NCBI GenBank assembly: GCA_036785375.1
Contig: JAWMAR010000711.1
Location: 682,001-746,000, forward strand
Direction: 5' to 3'
Length of the DNA stretch: 64,000 nt
From: Leucoraja ocellata
Taxonomy: Eukaryota
Of this stretch, positions 39,095-51,788 are shown piece by piece (position 1 is the stretch's first letter; every line of letters begins with the position of its first letter). The notes beneath the pieces were generated by a model. That model worked only from the letters and a program-made list of their open reading frames with translations. It was not told where the DNA came from and did no database searches. Both the position numbers and the translations under genes were made by a program.

Positions 39095-40030
39095 TTTGTA
39101 AGCCAAGTATGGATACATACAAGGAATTTGCCTTGGTGCCTTGCTCAGCAAAAGGATAAAAAAAGATAGACAGCAGACAAATTAAAAATAAAACATTATA
39201 ATTTAAACATGTGAGAATAAAGTACCAGAGTTAAAAGAGACTCTAGACATTTTTGGCTGTTTAGTGGAGCTACTGCTCGTGGAAAAAAAAGCTTTATGTT
39301 TGCCTATGGCGGCTTTGATAGTCTGGAGTTACCTCCCAGAGGGAAATACTTCAAAAAGTTCATGGCCAGGGTGAAAGGGGTCAGAGATGATCTAACCCGC
39401 TCGCTTCCTGGTCCTTGCGGTGTACAGTTCGTCAATGGGGGGGGGGGAAGGTTGCAGCCAACAACTTTCTCAGCTGGTTGAACGATGCTCTGCAGCCTCT
39501 GGCTGTCATGCTTGGTGGCTGAGCCAAACCAGACCATGATGGAGACATGGTCTGACAGGTGGCAGGTTGTGTTTCCTCAGCTACCGCAGGAAGCACATCC
39601 TCTGTTGGGGCTTTTTGACTGTGGAGTTGATGGTGGCCTCCCATTTAAGGTCCCTGGAAATGATGGTTCCGAGGCACTTAAATGACTCCACAGTTGGGAT
39701 TGTAGTGTTGTTGGTTCATGATTAGTGGGGGGAGGGGAGGTGCAACTCTCCTAAAGTCTACAATCAATTCCACTGTCCTAAAAGCATTGAACTCCAGGTT
39801 ATTGCAGTGGCATCAAGACGCCAGCTTTGTCATTTCCTGTCTGCAGGCAGATTCCTCCCCATCCTGGATTGGTCCAATCAGGGTTGTGTCGTCCGCAAAC
39901 TTGAGAAGTTTGACAGAGGAGTATGTGGAGGTGCAGTCGTTGGGATAGAGAGAGTAAAGGAGGGAAGAGTACGCAGGCTTGCAGTGCTCCTTTGCTGAGG
40001 GTCAGCGGGACCGAGATGTACTTTCTTACT
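39095..40030 (-). mobile_element. Rex1/Babar-clade LINE 3' portion
   Basis: Minus strand LTLSKGALQAC, VKLLKFADDTTLIGPIQDGEESA, MVWFGSATKHDSQRLQSIV; same family as 23575. Confidence 0.9.
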
Positions 40031-40904
40031 GGCATCTTAATTATTTCATCTCTGACCCCAATTTTGATTAAAGGTTATTATTCTGAAATTATTTCACCAC
40101 AAATGCAACCTGATCTCTCCTTACGTCTTTATTTTTATTCTGGTTTAATCCATTTTTATGAAAGAACTGTAAATTCACTCAGTTAAGAAATAGTCTGAAA
40201 AATGGTTACTAGTCAATTTAGATGTTTACTAGTCAATGGCAGGACGACAATTATGCCTTGCAGTTTCTAGCTTTGTTTCAACTTTTGCAGATGTCCAATA
40301 ATATTGTTAATACTGATTAATACAGTAAAGGAAAAAAATGATTAAACTCGGACAAATCCAGACTGAAGTGTACAGTGTTCAGCTTTTTTCCTTGAATTTT
40401 TCACAACAGGTCCACATTGGTTGTTTTTACATCCAAATACCAATGCCAGTCAAATTTACAGTAGATGTGTCTGTTTTGTTCTGGATGAAATATGAAACAA
40501 CTTGATCTGATGGCCTTATTTCACTTTTCTATAAATGGGGGGAAAACATTGTAAAATGACCTATTGCATTGAGTGGCTGTAGGTTGCAAATGTAGTGAAA
40601 TATGAGCAATGTTATTGAACTGATGATCTACTTGAACTGAAGCTGCCATGGTGGGACTCTGATCATATGCTTACAATATCACTGAGGTTGAGTCATTTCT
40701 TTTTCAGATTATTTTAACAACTAGCATTTTGATTTGCTCATCACAAACCTGGTTTATGTTTGTCCTAAGTTCTCATTTTTGTGCTGCTGATTTTGTTAAA
40801 AAAAAACCATATTATTCATGTGAAGCCCAGTTTTCAGCGTAGGTGTTTAATAGGATAGGTGACATTTAATTATATGGGGATATGTCAGATCTGCACCATA
40901 TATA

Positions 40905-41088
40905 GAGGGAAGATTAGACTTTCTTGCCTTCCATCACAGTGAGGAATGTGAGGAATCCGCTGTGGTGGATGTTTATGTAAACTTTATGTAGTTGTGTGTC
41001 TTGTTGCTTATTTTAGTGTGACCGTACGGTAATTCGAATTTCACTGTACCCTAATTGGTACACGTGACAATAAATTACCTTTGAACCT
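40905..41088 (+). mobile_element. Short retroelement 3' fragment
   Basis: gccttccatcacagtgaggaatgtg...cactgtaccctaattggtacacgtgacaataaattacctttgaacc; the same tail occurs at ~9465-9512. Confidence 0.65.
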
Positions 41089-41839
41089 TTTTCAAAGGCT
41101 AGAACAATTGGAATTTTTTTTTAAACTTTTTAAAAAACTTTTTGTTTCATAACAATTACAGAGCATTAATGAGATAGATATTATCGCTGGCAAAATTCTA
41201 AGTAAATAAAGAAATAAAAGCAAAAATACAAAAAAGAATCAAATGTGTATACAATGTTATTCCATTGCACCAATATTACCTCAAATGATACAAAGGTAGG
41301 GAGGACACAGAATTCATAAAATGCATTCAGAAAACTTCTTCAGGCAGTCTGGAGTAACTCCAGCATGAATGGTGGTGTGAAATTATGGATTGAAATGAAA
41401 CGGAACAGGGGAAAGGAGATTTAGGTGGAGAGCAATGTTGGGTCTTGATCATATTTTTAAATTATGTTTATTATGGAAATATGAGAAAAAAAATATGTGC
41501 AAAAGTTCTACACTGGAGGGAGGCAATTTTACTAAACCAAAAACTGATGAAGATAGATGAATAAATTCAAGTGCATTTACAAAAGAGAACAGTGCTGATA
41601 GAGTAGTAGACATATAGCACGGATATAGGCCTTTCAGCTCAACTTATCCATGCTGACCAAGATGTCCCATACTCTAAAACCTTTCTATACATGTACCTGT
41701 GCAAATACATTTTAAATGTTATTGTACCTGCCCCAATTATTTTTTCTGGTAGCTCGTTCCATAAATCCACACCCACTGGTATTGTAGTTGAGGAGGACAT
41801 AATTATAATATACTAAATGGGATATGCATCATGTAATAG

Positions 41840-43360
41840 AATGGGTTTAGCAACTTTGAATGTGAATAAATTGCCAGGATGAAATATTCATCAGGCTGTT
41901 CGAGGAAGCAAGAGAGCATACTGCAGAGGCTCTGGCCATTTTCGTCTAAATGCCCCTGTCCCACTTAGGAAACCTGAACAGAAACCTCTGGAGACTTTGT
42001 GCCCCACCCAAGGTTTCTGTGCGGTTCCCGGAGGTTTTTGTCAGTCTCCCTACCTGCTTCCACTACCTGCAACCTCTGGCAATCACCTGCAACCTCTGGG
42101 AACCGCACTGAAACCTTGGGTGGGGCGCAAAGTCTCTAGAGGTTTCCATTCCTAAGCGGGACAGGGGCAAAAAAGGAATGGTTCTGGGAGAATTGAACTG
42201 CAAATATTGTATCATTGTTTAAAAAGGGAGGAAAGGATAAACTGATTGTATTACTGTTAACATCAGTAGTGGTAAACCTATTGTAATTGACACTGAGAAA
42301 CCGTATAAGCCTTATTTAGAAAGTAACAAACAAATTAAGGACAATTGCCATCATTTATTAAGGCAATGTCATGTGTGACTAACTTTTGAATTTTTTTGAT
42401 CAATGAAAGGGCCAAACGGCCTCCTCCTGCACCTATTTTCAATGTTTTCTATCAAGAGGCGCTGCTGAAGGCACTGATTTGTGTATATGGATTTAGTGGG
42501 TCTTGTAACAAGAATCCATATAGCAGACAAGAATGCTGCATCCATGGGTGTAGAATAAATTAAATCATAAATTGGCTTAAGGGCAGGAAAAAAGAGAACA
42601 GTTGACGTGCTCCAGTGAGTGGATGGCTTTTATCATTAAGGTTCCACAAGACTCATTGCTCACTCTTTACATGTGTTATACAAATTACTACACACACTTA
42701 AATGTAAGATGTGATAAAAGAATTATGGGCATGGCAAAATGGCTACATGTTAAAGAGCAGGAAAGTTTTAAACTTGTTGGTTACTTGGATTTGGATAGTG
42801 GACAAAGAAGTAGCCTATGGAATTTAATCCACAGGAATGTGTGGTAATGTATTTAGTGACATGCAAAAAGGCAATGGAGCATGTAATAAATGGGAGGATA
42901 TTGAGAAGTATGGAGGAACTGAGGGACTTTAAAATGGCAAAAGATCCTTAAAATAGCAGAGTAGTTTGATTATGGTGGTTTAAAAGCACAAATTATGCTT
43001 TCCCTTGTTAGCCTCTGCATAGACTTTAAGAGGTGGAAGATTATGGTCAAATTGACCAAAACAATTGTCAAGCCAAAACGACCTCAATTTTGGTCACTAC
43101 ATCACAGGAAAGATGTGATTGCACTGCAGAGGGTAAAGAGGACATCTATTAGACAGCCAACAAGAATAAAACAAATGTGTAGTGAGGGAGGGGTCAGAAA
43201 AGATAAGGAAACCGTTTTCCCACACAGGCTGTGGCACAAGCTTGGGGCTTTCTCTTTAAACATATTTAAAGGACACCCATATTTGTACCTGAGAGCTGTG
43301 ACCTGCAGGATTACAGATCAAGTGCTAGAAAATGGGATTAGGTTACATTGCTGTACTTTG
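41840..43360 (+). mobile_element. Old CR1 LINE ORF2 fragment
   Basis: Degraded RT: gcaaatattgtatcattgtttaaaaaggg (ANIVSLFKKG), QFWSLHHRKDVIALQRV; interrupted by a MITE. Confidence 0.75.
41951..42169. mobile_element. Palindromic MITE (TIR shared with 10681 and 51789)
   Basis: tgcccctgtcccacttaggaa ... ttcctaagcgggacaggggca; arms of roughly 85 bp are nearly complementary. Confidence 0.85.
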
Positions 43361-45269
43361 ATCTGCACAGTCACTATGGCTCCTCAGATGTGAATTTTCC
43401 TTCACTGGAATCTACTGTATTGTTTGCAATTTCCCTTAAACTTGCCCAACACTGGATAGCAAACAGATGCGTAACCCTTCTCCTGCTTTAACTCGAGGAT
43501 AAAGAAGCTAATCGCAACCACTCCTGGCTGAGAACAAAACTACAACCTGCCTACACTGTAAGGTTTAGCCAATTGAACTATATAAAAAAAGTTTCCAACA
43601 GCACCCAAGATACAAAGAGCAAACAAATATACCAGTTATATAACAAACAACTTTTTTGGGGGATGTATTTGAAAGACTTGTAAATTCAGGATATCTTTGG
43701 AAAAACAACTATTTTTCCAAGCATTAGACAAATTGAAAGTATCAAACCATAACAATGCACTAATGGAATTAATCTGTTATGAGGGCCAAATTTACAAAAT
43801 TAAATAATGTTACATCAATTTGATTTGAAAATTCCATAATATTCAAAATATATTCAGCTGATCAACATAGAGAGCACATCGTTCTTGAATTTTCCTACAC
43901 CAATTTGGGCTTAGGGTGTTAGTAGACATTTTTCAGCAGATAAAAATGTATTTTCTCTCTTGATCAATAATTCAGGAGAGTTACTGAAAAAAAAATATTT
44001 TATTTCACAATGGTTCCTTTTAACTCACAGACTAAGTTTTGTTTTAAATGAAGAGCAATTAAGTTATTAAGATAATTATGTATAACCAGAAACTATTAAT
44101 ATCAAATGAATCAGAAATTCGATGCAAATGAACTTATCACATTAAAAATAGTGAAGAATTCCCAATTCATGCCACGTAAAATGAAATCTAGTGACTACAG
44201 TACACAGAAAAACATTATTTGGAACTGAGTCCTAATACACCCAACTGCAATTACTCTAATCAGCAGAGCTCTAATGTTAGAGCTTAGGAGCTCTAATCAA
44301 CAGCTCCTAAACAAGACAGTCCTCCATCACACACGGTCTGTTCTCGTCTGTGTTTTTTTTAATATATCTAATCATACAATTTCTCCCTCCTCCACTTCAT
44401 GTGGGTGGGTGACAAGTTGGATGAAACTCTAAGCCCACATTTGCCTACTCCTTCTTAGTTCACTGCAGAATTTTGCAATGAGGTATTTTAAACAAAAATA
44501 GTACGAGTTATAAATTCTGCCAACGTTATTAATCACTGTGATCAGCAAAAAAACACATACATTTACAACAAAAGAACTGAATTCTATTCGTGATTTCTAA
44601 ATTAAAAGCAAAAAATCCTTTAATTGTGTGATTTATACAAATTAATTTTGCCAGACTTAACTTTCATTGACCTGGATTTTCCTGAGAAATGCTGGCAGCT
44701 TCAAGAACAAATGGCCACCCTCCCACGACCACCTCCAAAACCATTACGTGTTTGGGATCCTTGCAGGAATTAGCCAATCTCATACTTCCTGACTGGAAGA
44801 ACATTAAAATCATCTGACTACTCTCTGCTACTTGGACCGTTATGAACTCTTGATTGTGACTGGTTATGGAGTACTAACTCCTTACAATGAACCAGTATCT
44901 GCACTGGGTAACCTGCCCATTGAAACTGCACTGTTCATTGGGAAGAGAGGGGTGGAGAGAGAAAGATAGATCAGCCATGATTGAATGAGTAGATTTGAAT
45001 GGCCAAATAGTCTAATTCTGCACCTAGAACTTATGAAATGAACTTATGGAGAGAGCAAGCAGAAGGAGTGAGAAAGATAAGTGTTAGGTAAAACACATTT
45101 TTTTGAATGACTTAGTTTATATAATGCTTTAACTATTTTAATTCCTACATTATGTAATGATGTACTTCTTCTTATTTATTGCGTTTGATTTGGCGACCAT
45201 GATTCAGCCCCTATACTGCCCATTTATGTACATTGCAAGTACCATCAAATCACTTTTGATCAGAGAGGA

Positions 45270-45835
45270 AAAACTGGCTTCCTGAACTCATTGAATTCCA
45301 TAATGAATCCTGAGGGCTGCACCATGTCTATGTGGGAGATGACATAATGTTCTTTGACCTTATGTTGGACAACAATGAAGCAACCAACGACTAAGCGAGC
45401 ACCAAAGGCTATGCACTAAATTGGATGGCAGGAATTAGGAAGAATGATCCATTAAACATGGAAGCTGGTGAGGTAGAGGACAGAAAGAAAAATATTGTAA
45501 ACTCTGTCACCATAATGGATGGGAAGAGAGGGAGTGAGAACAGAGGTGCAAAAAAAAGAGACTCAGTTGAGAACCATGTTAGTTATGGTGGAATAGAAGC
45601 CCCTTAAAGAAAAAAAAATACATTGTCTCAAAGGCACTGATATGGAACAGATAAGATGAAGAAACAGGGCAAATGGAATAAAATCCTCAAGGAAGCAGAT
45701 TAGGAGAATGTGTATATGAAATAGCTGTAGAATATGTGGGCTTGACTTAATTATTAGTTGGTCACCCTTTCCCTAAATAAAAGAAAGAGCAGCCAAGAAA
45801 CAGAAAGGAACAGTCAGAAATAGTAGAGGGGAACT
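45270..45835 (-). mobile_element. Old Penelope-like internal fragment
   Basis: tgaatcctgagggctgcaccatg...atgttctttgacc; aaggcactgatatggaa; tatatgaaatagctgtag resemble the reverse strand of a PLE ORF. Confidence 0.45.
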
Positions 45836-46920
45836 GGGGCACTGAAATGGTCCAATGTATTACTGTATCAGCTCGTCTATGATAATTCAATTGACATTGA
45901 ATTTTACTACTGGAGTTGCCTCATCCAATAATGTACAATGTATTAGTCAAATAAAAATGTAAACATTCATCAACATGATTGGAACTTTGTTCACATAATC
46001 ACTCAGAGCACATGGAGGGGGGAAAAAGTACATATGTTAGTAATTATAAATCAGAAATTATTTCATGCACTGTCATTTCTTTAGGATTAACTTTTTCACG
46101 TACTTTTTGGTAAACTTAATCAAACACAAACAGATTGGGTATTTCTAAATGCAGCTCACTGACAGACCAGAATCATGTGGTTTCCAGTCACTTAAACTTT
46201 TTCAAATGCAGGAAGTTGGAAAAATTGATGCACCATGTCCACTGGTGTATGGCAAAGAGGAGATGCACAGTACTGAGTCAGCCTAAGCTAGCAAACATTA
46301 GGCTATGCCTCAGAACATAGAACATATAACAGCTTGTCATCCATAAAATACTTTATAAAAGTTTTCAAATGACTCGTATTTCATTGTCCTGTCAGGGACA
46401 CATGACAATAAGCTCTCTTGACTTGACTTCAGAAACATTTAATACTAACAAAATTGATCACAAAAAAATAAAAGAACGCACAAATAAATATTAATCAAAA
46501 CACATCAGAACACTACTTTTTAATTTAAAATGATATATTCAAGTACAATTCTATTTTTATATCTATTTTTACAGGGTCATTGATCCTTTTCAAATAAATG
46601 TGATCAAGATTTCTACAGCAACCCTTCCTGGCATAAAGCTAAGTGCATCAGGATCCTCACAGCTACAGTCAATGACGAGTCCAGTGGTGGAGGCAACCGT
46701 CAGCTGTTCCAGTGTTTGACCTACAGGGGTATTAGCCAGCACAACCTAGTCCTTTCTCAAGCAAAGATATTGGTCTGTAAAGAAAAAAAAAGTTAAACAA
46801 CAGACAGTTGAGGCTTGAACTTTGTAAGAATCCAGTCGCTGACCTCCAGTGTCCAGCCACTGGAAAGTCAGTGTTTAACTGAAACAAATGAAACTCTCGA
46901 TATAACTCGAGGTGAGAACT

Positions 46921-46974
46921 GGGGTGGGAGATTGCAACCTTCACATGGTCCACCCTGTTTCGACTAATGTAATC
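46921..46974 (+). ncRNA. Minimal HDV/CPEB3-like self-cleaving ribozyme (predicted)
   Basis: P1 GGGGTGG/CCACCCT with G1-U wobble, P2 GATTGCA/TGTAATC, P3 ACC/GGT, 7-nt L3 TTCACAT, GTTTCGA in place of P4, C(46964)-TAA as J4/2. Confidence 0.85.
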
Positions 46975-47055
46975 AACCGGACGTGCACAAACAAATAGAT
47001 CAAATAAAACATGTTGACCTACAACTTTAGGCGGTGCACACCATGCGCAAGAAGA
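46921..47055 (+). mobile_element. Ribozyme-headed short retroelement with (GAA)n tail
   Basis: Starts at ribozyme G1; gtgcac...gtgcac stem; tail gcaagaagaag; TSD aggtgagaact / agatgagaatt (9 of 11). Confidence 0.8.
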
Positions 47056-47753
47056 AGATGAGAATTTAACCTGGGAGTGATCGATGATCGAAAACCAAGG
47101 CACTTTCAACTTCAAGAACCTGCCTTATCCTGAAAAGTTAAAGGGAGTGTAGAGGAGAAAGCACCAAACAATTCCTACAATGTTCAGATAAGTACTTGCA
47201 TTTCTGGTCCTCTCAGCATACAAAATACGAGATGCCCTTCAATAAAATAACAAACTGTACTTGCACAGAAGAGCTTTCTCATTCCAAGGACTCCAGGTGG
47301 AATAACATGTACAAGTCACCGAGACAAAGCAACTGAATGACGCTGGTCAAGCCGTAATTTGTGCAGCTAAATTACATCATCACCCCCCGAAGACATAAAT
47401 CTCTGACGCAGATGGAGCAGGTTATAATTGAGTGAATTGTGTAGTCACACACCATCTGAATACGGAGAAATGTGTGGTTATCCACTGTTTCAGTTGCTTA
47501 GAATAAGCAGAAAATAAATTGATGGCAGTCTCAAATGAAAAGTTTTATGAGGGATGAAATTATCATTAACAATAAAATGCAGATTAGGTAATGAGAAGCT
47601 TCTTTTTAATTATAATCCAACATACATGTTAGAGCCCAATTTATAATACATTCTATTAAGATTTGCACAGAGTAATATAATTCTAAAAGCTAGAAAAAAT
47701 AAGCACACCTTTGTTCAAATCATTTGACTAATTTTCTATTTCAAACCTTACAC

Positions 47754-48067
47754 CAGGGGTCGGCAACCTACGGCCCTCGGGCCGAATGCGGCCCATAACC
47801 CGAAATCATCCAGCCCGCAGGCATATTTTTTTCCCCGTAATCATCCAGCCCGCAGACTTCTGTCATCTCCGCCATGCTCATGAGCACCCGTAACTAGAGA
47901 CAAGTGATCCGGGTAGCGTCCTCGAAGGGGCGGGTATCTATGTGAAGACGTGATTTGTTGCCTGCCATCTGGGGTGGGATCCATGTGTATATGTGATAGA
48001 TGTGGCCCATCATCCGCTCACAGTCATGCGACCTGGCCCCTATGCAGAACAAGGTTGCCAACCCCTG
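47754..48067. mobile_element. Non-autonomous hAT (Buster/Charlie-type) MITE
   Basis: TIRs caggggtcggcaacct / aggttgccaacccctg; perfect 8-bp TSD ccttacac. Confidence 0.92.
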
Positions 48068-48229
48068 CCTTACACGATATGAATAAGAGTTAAAACGAGA
48101 CCAGGTGACAAAGGAATTAAATGATCCAAAAGGATTTTCAATGACAGCCCCATATTTTCAAGGACATTTTTCAAGGCGTTTAATATCAAATTTATTTGAT
48201 TAACATTTACCAACCGCTTTATGGTATTA

Positions 48230-48560
48230 CAGGGCTCTCGCTTAACATTTTTTCCCTGTTGCCAGTCGGGCAACCTTGCTTTTTAGGTTGCCAAATGACA
48301 GTTTAGGTGGTCATTTAAGATGGCTTGCATGACGCGTGCGATAATGTGCTCGGACGAAGTGCGTAGTTACCAGTCGGAATTATACTCAAAGAAGCATTCA
48401 CATATTATTTTTGCTTCAAATAAAGTCACAAACTAAACATTCACCAATCAACACATGATATATCCCACAATGACGCAGCACAATTATGACTTCATCTGGG
48501 AGAGAAGTGTCCGTGTCAGTTACCTGCTGCCTTGCCTTGTACCCCGTCAGTGTTCATGTT
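48230..48560. mobile_element. Probable truncated hAT-like element
   Basis: Begins cagggctctcgcttaac with ttgcc/ggcaacc subterminal motifs; no second TIR found. Confidence 0.35.
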
Positions 48561-50132
48561 CCCTTCCACATCCTCCTGGTGTCTCCTGTGTCACAGAGGT
48601 GTCCCTGGATTTTCCCCGCGCAGGCACGTTTCGCTGCCCTGATTCCTTACACCTTACCAAGGGCTTGAGTGGACACAAAGATCTTCGTCAAGGTCCATAC
48701 AATTTCCTCACTTGCCTCTTTCAATGAGCTGGGAAATATCCCATCATGCTCTGGGAATTTATCCACCTGAATGTGCTTCACAAGACCACCTCCTTCTCTC
48801 CTGTGCTAAACCTGAATATCTTGATGACTTTTCAATCCAAAAAACTTTTAATCTCTGCCTTGAATATACTCAGACACAGCCTTCACCAGCCATTTGGGCA
48901 CAGAATTCCAAAGATTTATTCGTACCTGGCTAAAGATTCCCTCTCAACTCCACTCACCTCCATCATGAATTGCTGGCCCTAACTTTGAGACTGTCACTCT
49001 TGATTACAAATGCACCAGCCAGGGAAAATATCATTCCTGCATCTACCAAGTTTAGTCCCACAATCGATCAGTTTTGCAGTCTTCTAAGTATTAGAGGATA
49101 GGTCAGTTTTTTTAATCATTCCACAGAAAATATTTCCCTTTTCATCCCCAAAACCAACCTGAAACTTTGGTGCACTGCCAATCTCATGAATATATCCATT
49201 CTTAAGCTGTGAGGAGGCTAGATCTGGGTACTGTAATTCAGCTACTGCCTTCCCAGGATCAGACTTAATTACAGTCAGGTATACTGGACTCATACAAAAT
49301 GACTGAGAGAATTAATTTTCATTTGGAGTTCACAAACATACAACTGCAGGAGCATCAGTTTACTTTAAGATTATCTACAGTTCACAAGGCAAGAATTGCC
49401 AGTTGGGTGAGCATCAACATTCCCTTTATATCTTTTAGATTCGCTGGTGAAAATATTGTTCTTACTGACAGCTGCAACACGACATTGTCATATCAATGAG
49501 CTTAACATTACATGACATTTTATCACTCGAGCAAGAAGCCAAAAGATTCTTTGCAAATAGTACTACAATTCATTCTAGGTAAATACACAATTCAGTCGCT
49601 TTTGAGAAAGCCATTTTTATTGCAAAATAATTAAACTAAGCAATGTTCTTGATAACTGACACCCTCTTCTTTCCTGTAAACAAATGACCATGCTTACCTT
49701 CTAGCTGCAATAAACCCTTTGCTTCTTGCAGCATCGGTGCACAGTCAAGGTTGACAGGCTGGCAACTGCTGAAACGTTAAATCTTAACAGCACTATTAAC
49801 TCCCACAGCAGCATAAAGACTGCAGGAAAACAGTTATTTTCTCTCTATTGTTTGAAGTCATCTTGACTACTGACGGTGTTCTGACAAAGGCTGCAGACTG
49901 ACAACCTTCTTTAAATAAGCCCCTGCTATGTTAGGATTTTCACACTACATTCATGCCTGATTTTAGAATCGTGGCGTAAAAATCCCTATATGGCACCAAC
50001 AGACTCCAACTGGTTCAGCTGCTTTGCTTCCAAAAAGACTGCACTATCTTCACATCATATTCTGCCAACTGGCAGCCCTGCAGACACACCACAAAATAAC
50101 GGATGACCGAAGTCCAAGTGCTCTCATAAAAT

Positions 50133-50342
50133 GGAGACAAGGGACTGCAGATGGTGGAATTTTGAGCGAAAAATAAACTGCTAGAGGAAATGAGCAGGTC
50201 AGGCAGCATCTGTGGAGGTAAATGGACAGATGACATTCAGATTGGGATCCTTCTGTCCAAAGTCCCGATCTAAAGTTTTGTCGGTCCAATTCCCTATACA
50301 GATGCTGCCTGAACCACTGAGCTCTACCAGCAGATTTTTTTT
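50133..50342. mobile_element. Palindromic Penelope terminal unit, older
   Basis: aaactgctagaggaaatgagcaggtcaggcagcatctgt ... acagatgctgcctgaaccactgagctctaccagcagattttt. Confidence 0.75.
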
Positions 50343-50636
50343 ACTATCAGAAAAGTGTAAGATTTGAAAATGATCACCGACACCAATCTGACCATAACTA
50401 TATGAACTGACGTGGCAATAGAATGAAAACCAGTTCAAAGACGTGTGTAATCTCTGCTTTCCAGGAGTTAGGCATATAACCACAATGATATCACATTTAA
50501 CAAATCAGTACCAGCTGCAATAACACCATCCAAGAATTGGATTGCAGTTAAATTCTCTGCACTCCCTAGAAATTTCATTGAATTTAAATAGAATTAAATA
50601 GAAAATTTGGATTCTCCAATATTATTTGTTCCAATA

Positions 50637-50800
50637 TTTAGACTTTAGAGAAACTGTTGGCCCACATAGTCCATGACGACCAGCGTTCACCCCGTACACT
50701 AGTACTATCCTACACACTAATAACAATTTTACAATTTTACCAAAGCCAATTAACCTCCAAACATGTACATCTTTGGGATGTGGTAGGACACTGGAGCACT
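50637..50800 (-). mobile_element. V-domain SINE, 5' truncated
   Basis: tttagagaaactg...ctatcctacacacta...agccaattaacct...tctttgggatgtggtaggacactggagcac. Confidence 0.75.
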
Positions 50801-50809
50801 CAGGGTAGG

Positions 50810-51785
50810 ATGCAGAGGGGAATAAAGCATACACAGGCAGGTTTAGCAAACTAAAGACTGGAGAGGGTTGTCAGGATTATACAAAGTGCAACAAAGGGCT
50901 CAAAGATTAGGAAGGCAAAGTTGGGTCACAAAATATCATTTGTGTACAGGATTAATCTGAAGGCCAAAAAGAATAACCAGGGAAAGATTAAGTACAAAAG
51001 AATAACGTGGGAAATAGTAGAACCCATTAGGCAATCCATGCAGAGAGCCAAAAGATATAGACGAGGTCCAAACATAAATACTTTTCATCAGTATTTCCAA
51101 ACTAAACAGACTTTGTAATTGGATAATTCAATGTAGAGAAAGGTGAAATTCTGGTACGAGTTTTCATAAATAAAGAGCAGGTAGTAATAACAGCTGGCAG
51201 AGAAGTTGATAAATCCCCAAAACCATATGAAATTTATCGGACTGCTATGAGAGATAAGGAAAGAGATTGCTGGGGCTCTGACTGCGCTTTTTAAATCTTC
51301 ACATGCCACAAGTGAGGTATCTTGGAGGCGGAGGCAGCATATGTGGTCCCCCTTTTAAAGTAGGCAGGCAGATATAATATTGTTAAATACTGCCTTGTGA
51401 GCCCAACAGTAGTTTGGTAGGTTTTAGCACTTGAAAAGGCAGGAGCAGATCAGCTATCGTCATTGAGGACTGATTCTGTCTGACCATTCTGAAATATTTT
51501 ATTGTATGATAAAGAAGTGTATTGATGAAGGCAATGCAGTAGATGCGGTTCACATGAACTTCAGTAAAGCCTTTGAAAAGTTTCACATGCAATACTAGGG
51601 AAAGGCCCATGGGTTCCAAGGTAAATTAGATCCAAAATTACCTTGACAATAGGATTCTAAGGATGATGCTACAGGGTTGATTATAGGATTATGCATTTTG
51701 GGGTTACTAAAGATGCAAGCAGCACCATGAATGGGAGAGTCCTTGGGAGAATTGAGAGACTTGATGTACAAGTTCTTGAATGACT
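50810..51785 (+). mobile_element. Old CR1 LINE ORF2 fragment
   Basis: gagattgctggggctctgac; gatgaaggcaatgcagtagatgcggttcacatgaacttcagtaaagcctttga (DEGNAVDAVHMNFSKAF). Confidence 0.75.
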
Positions 51786-51788
51786 TAA

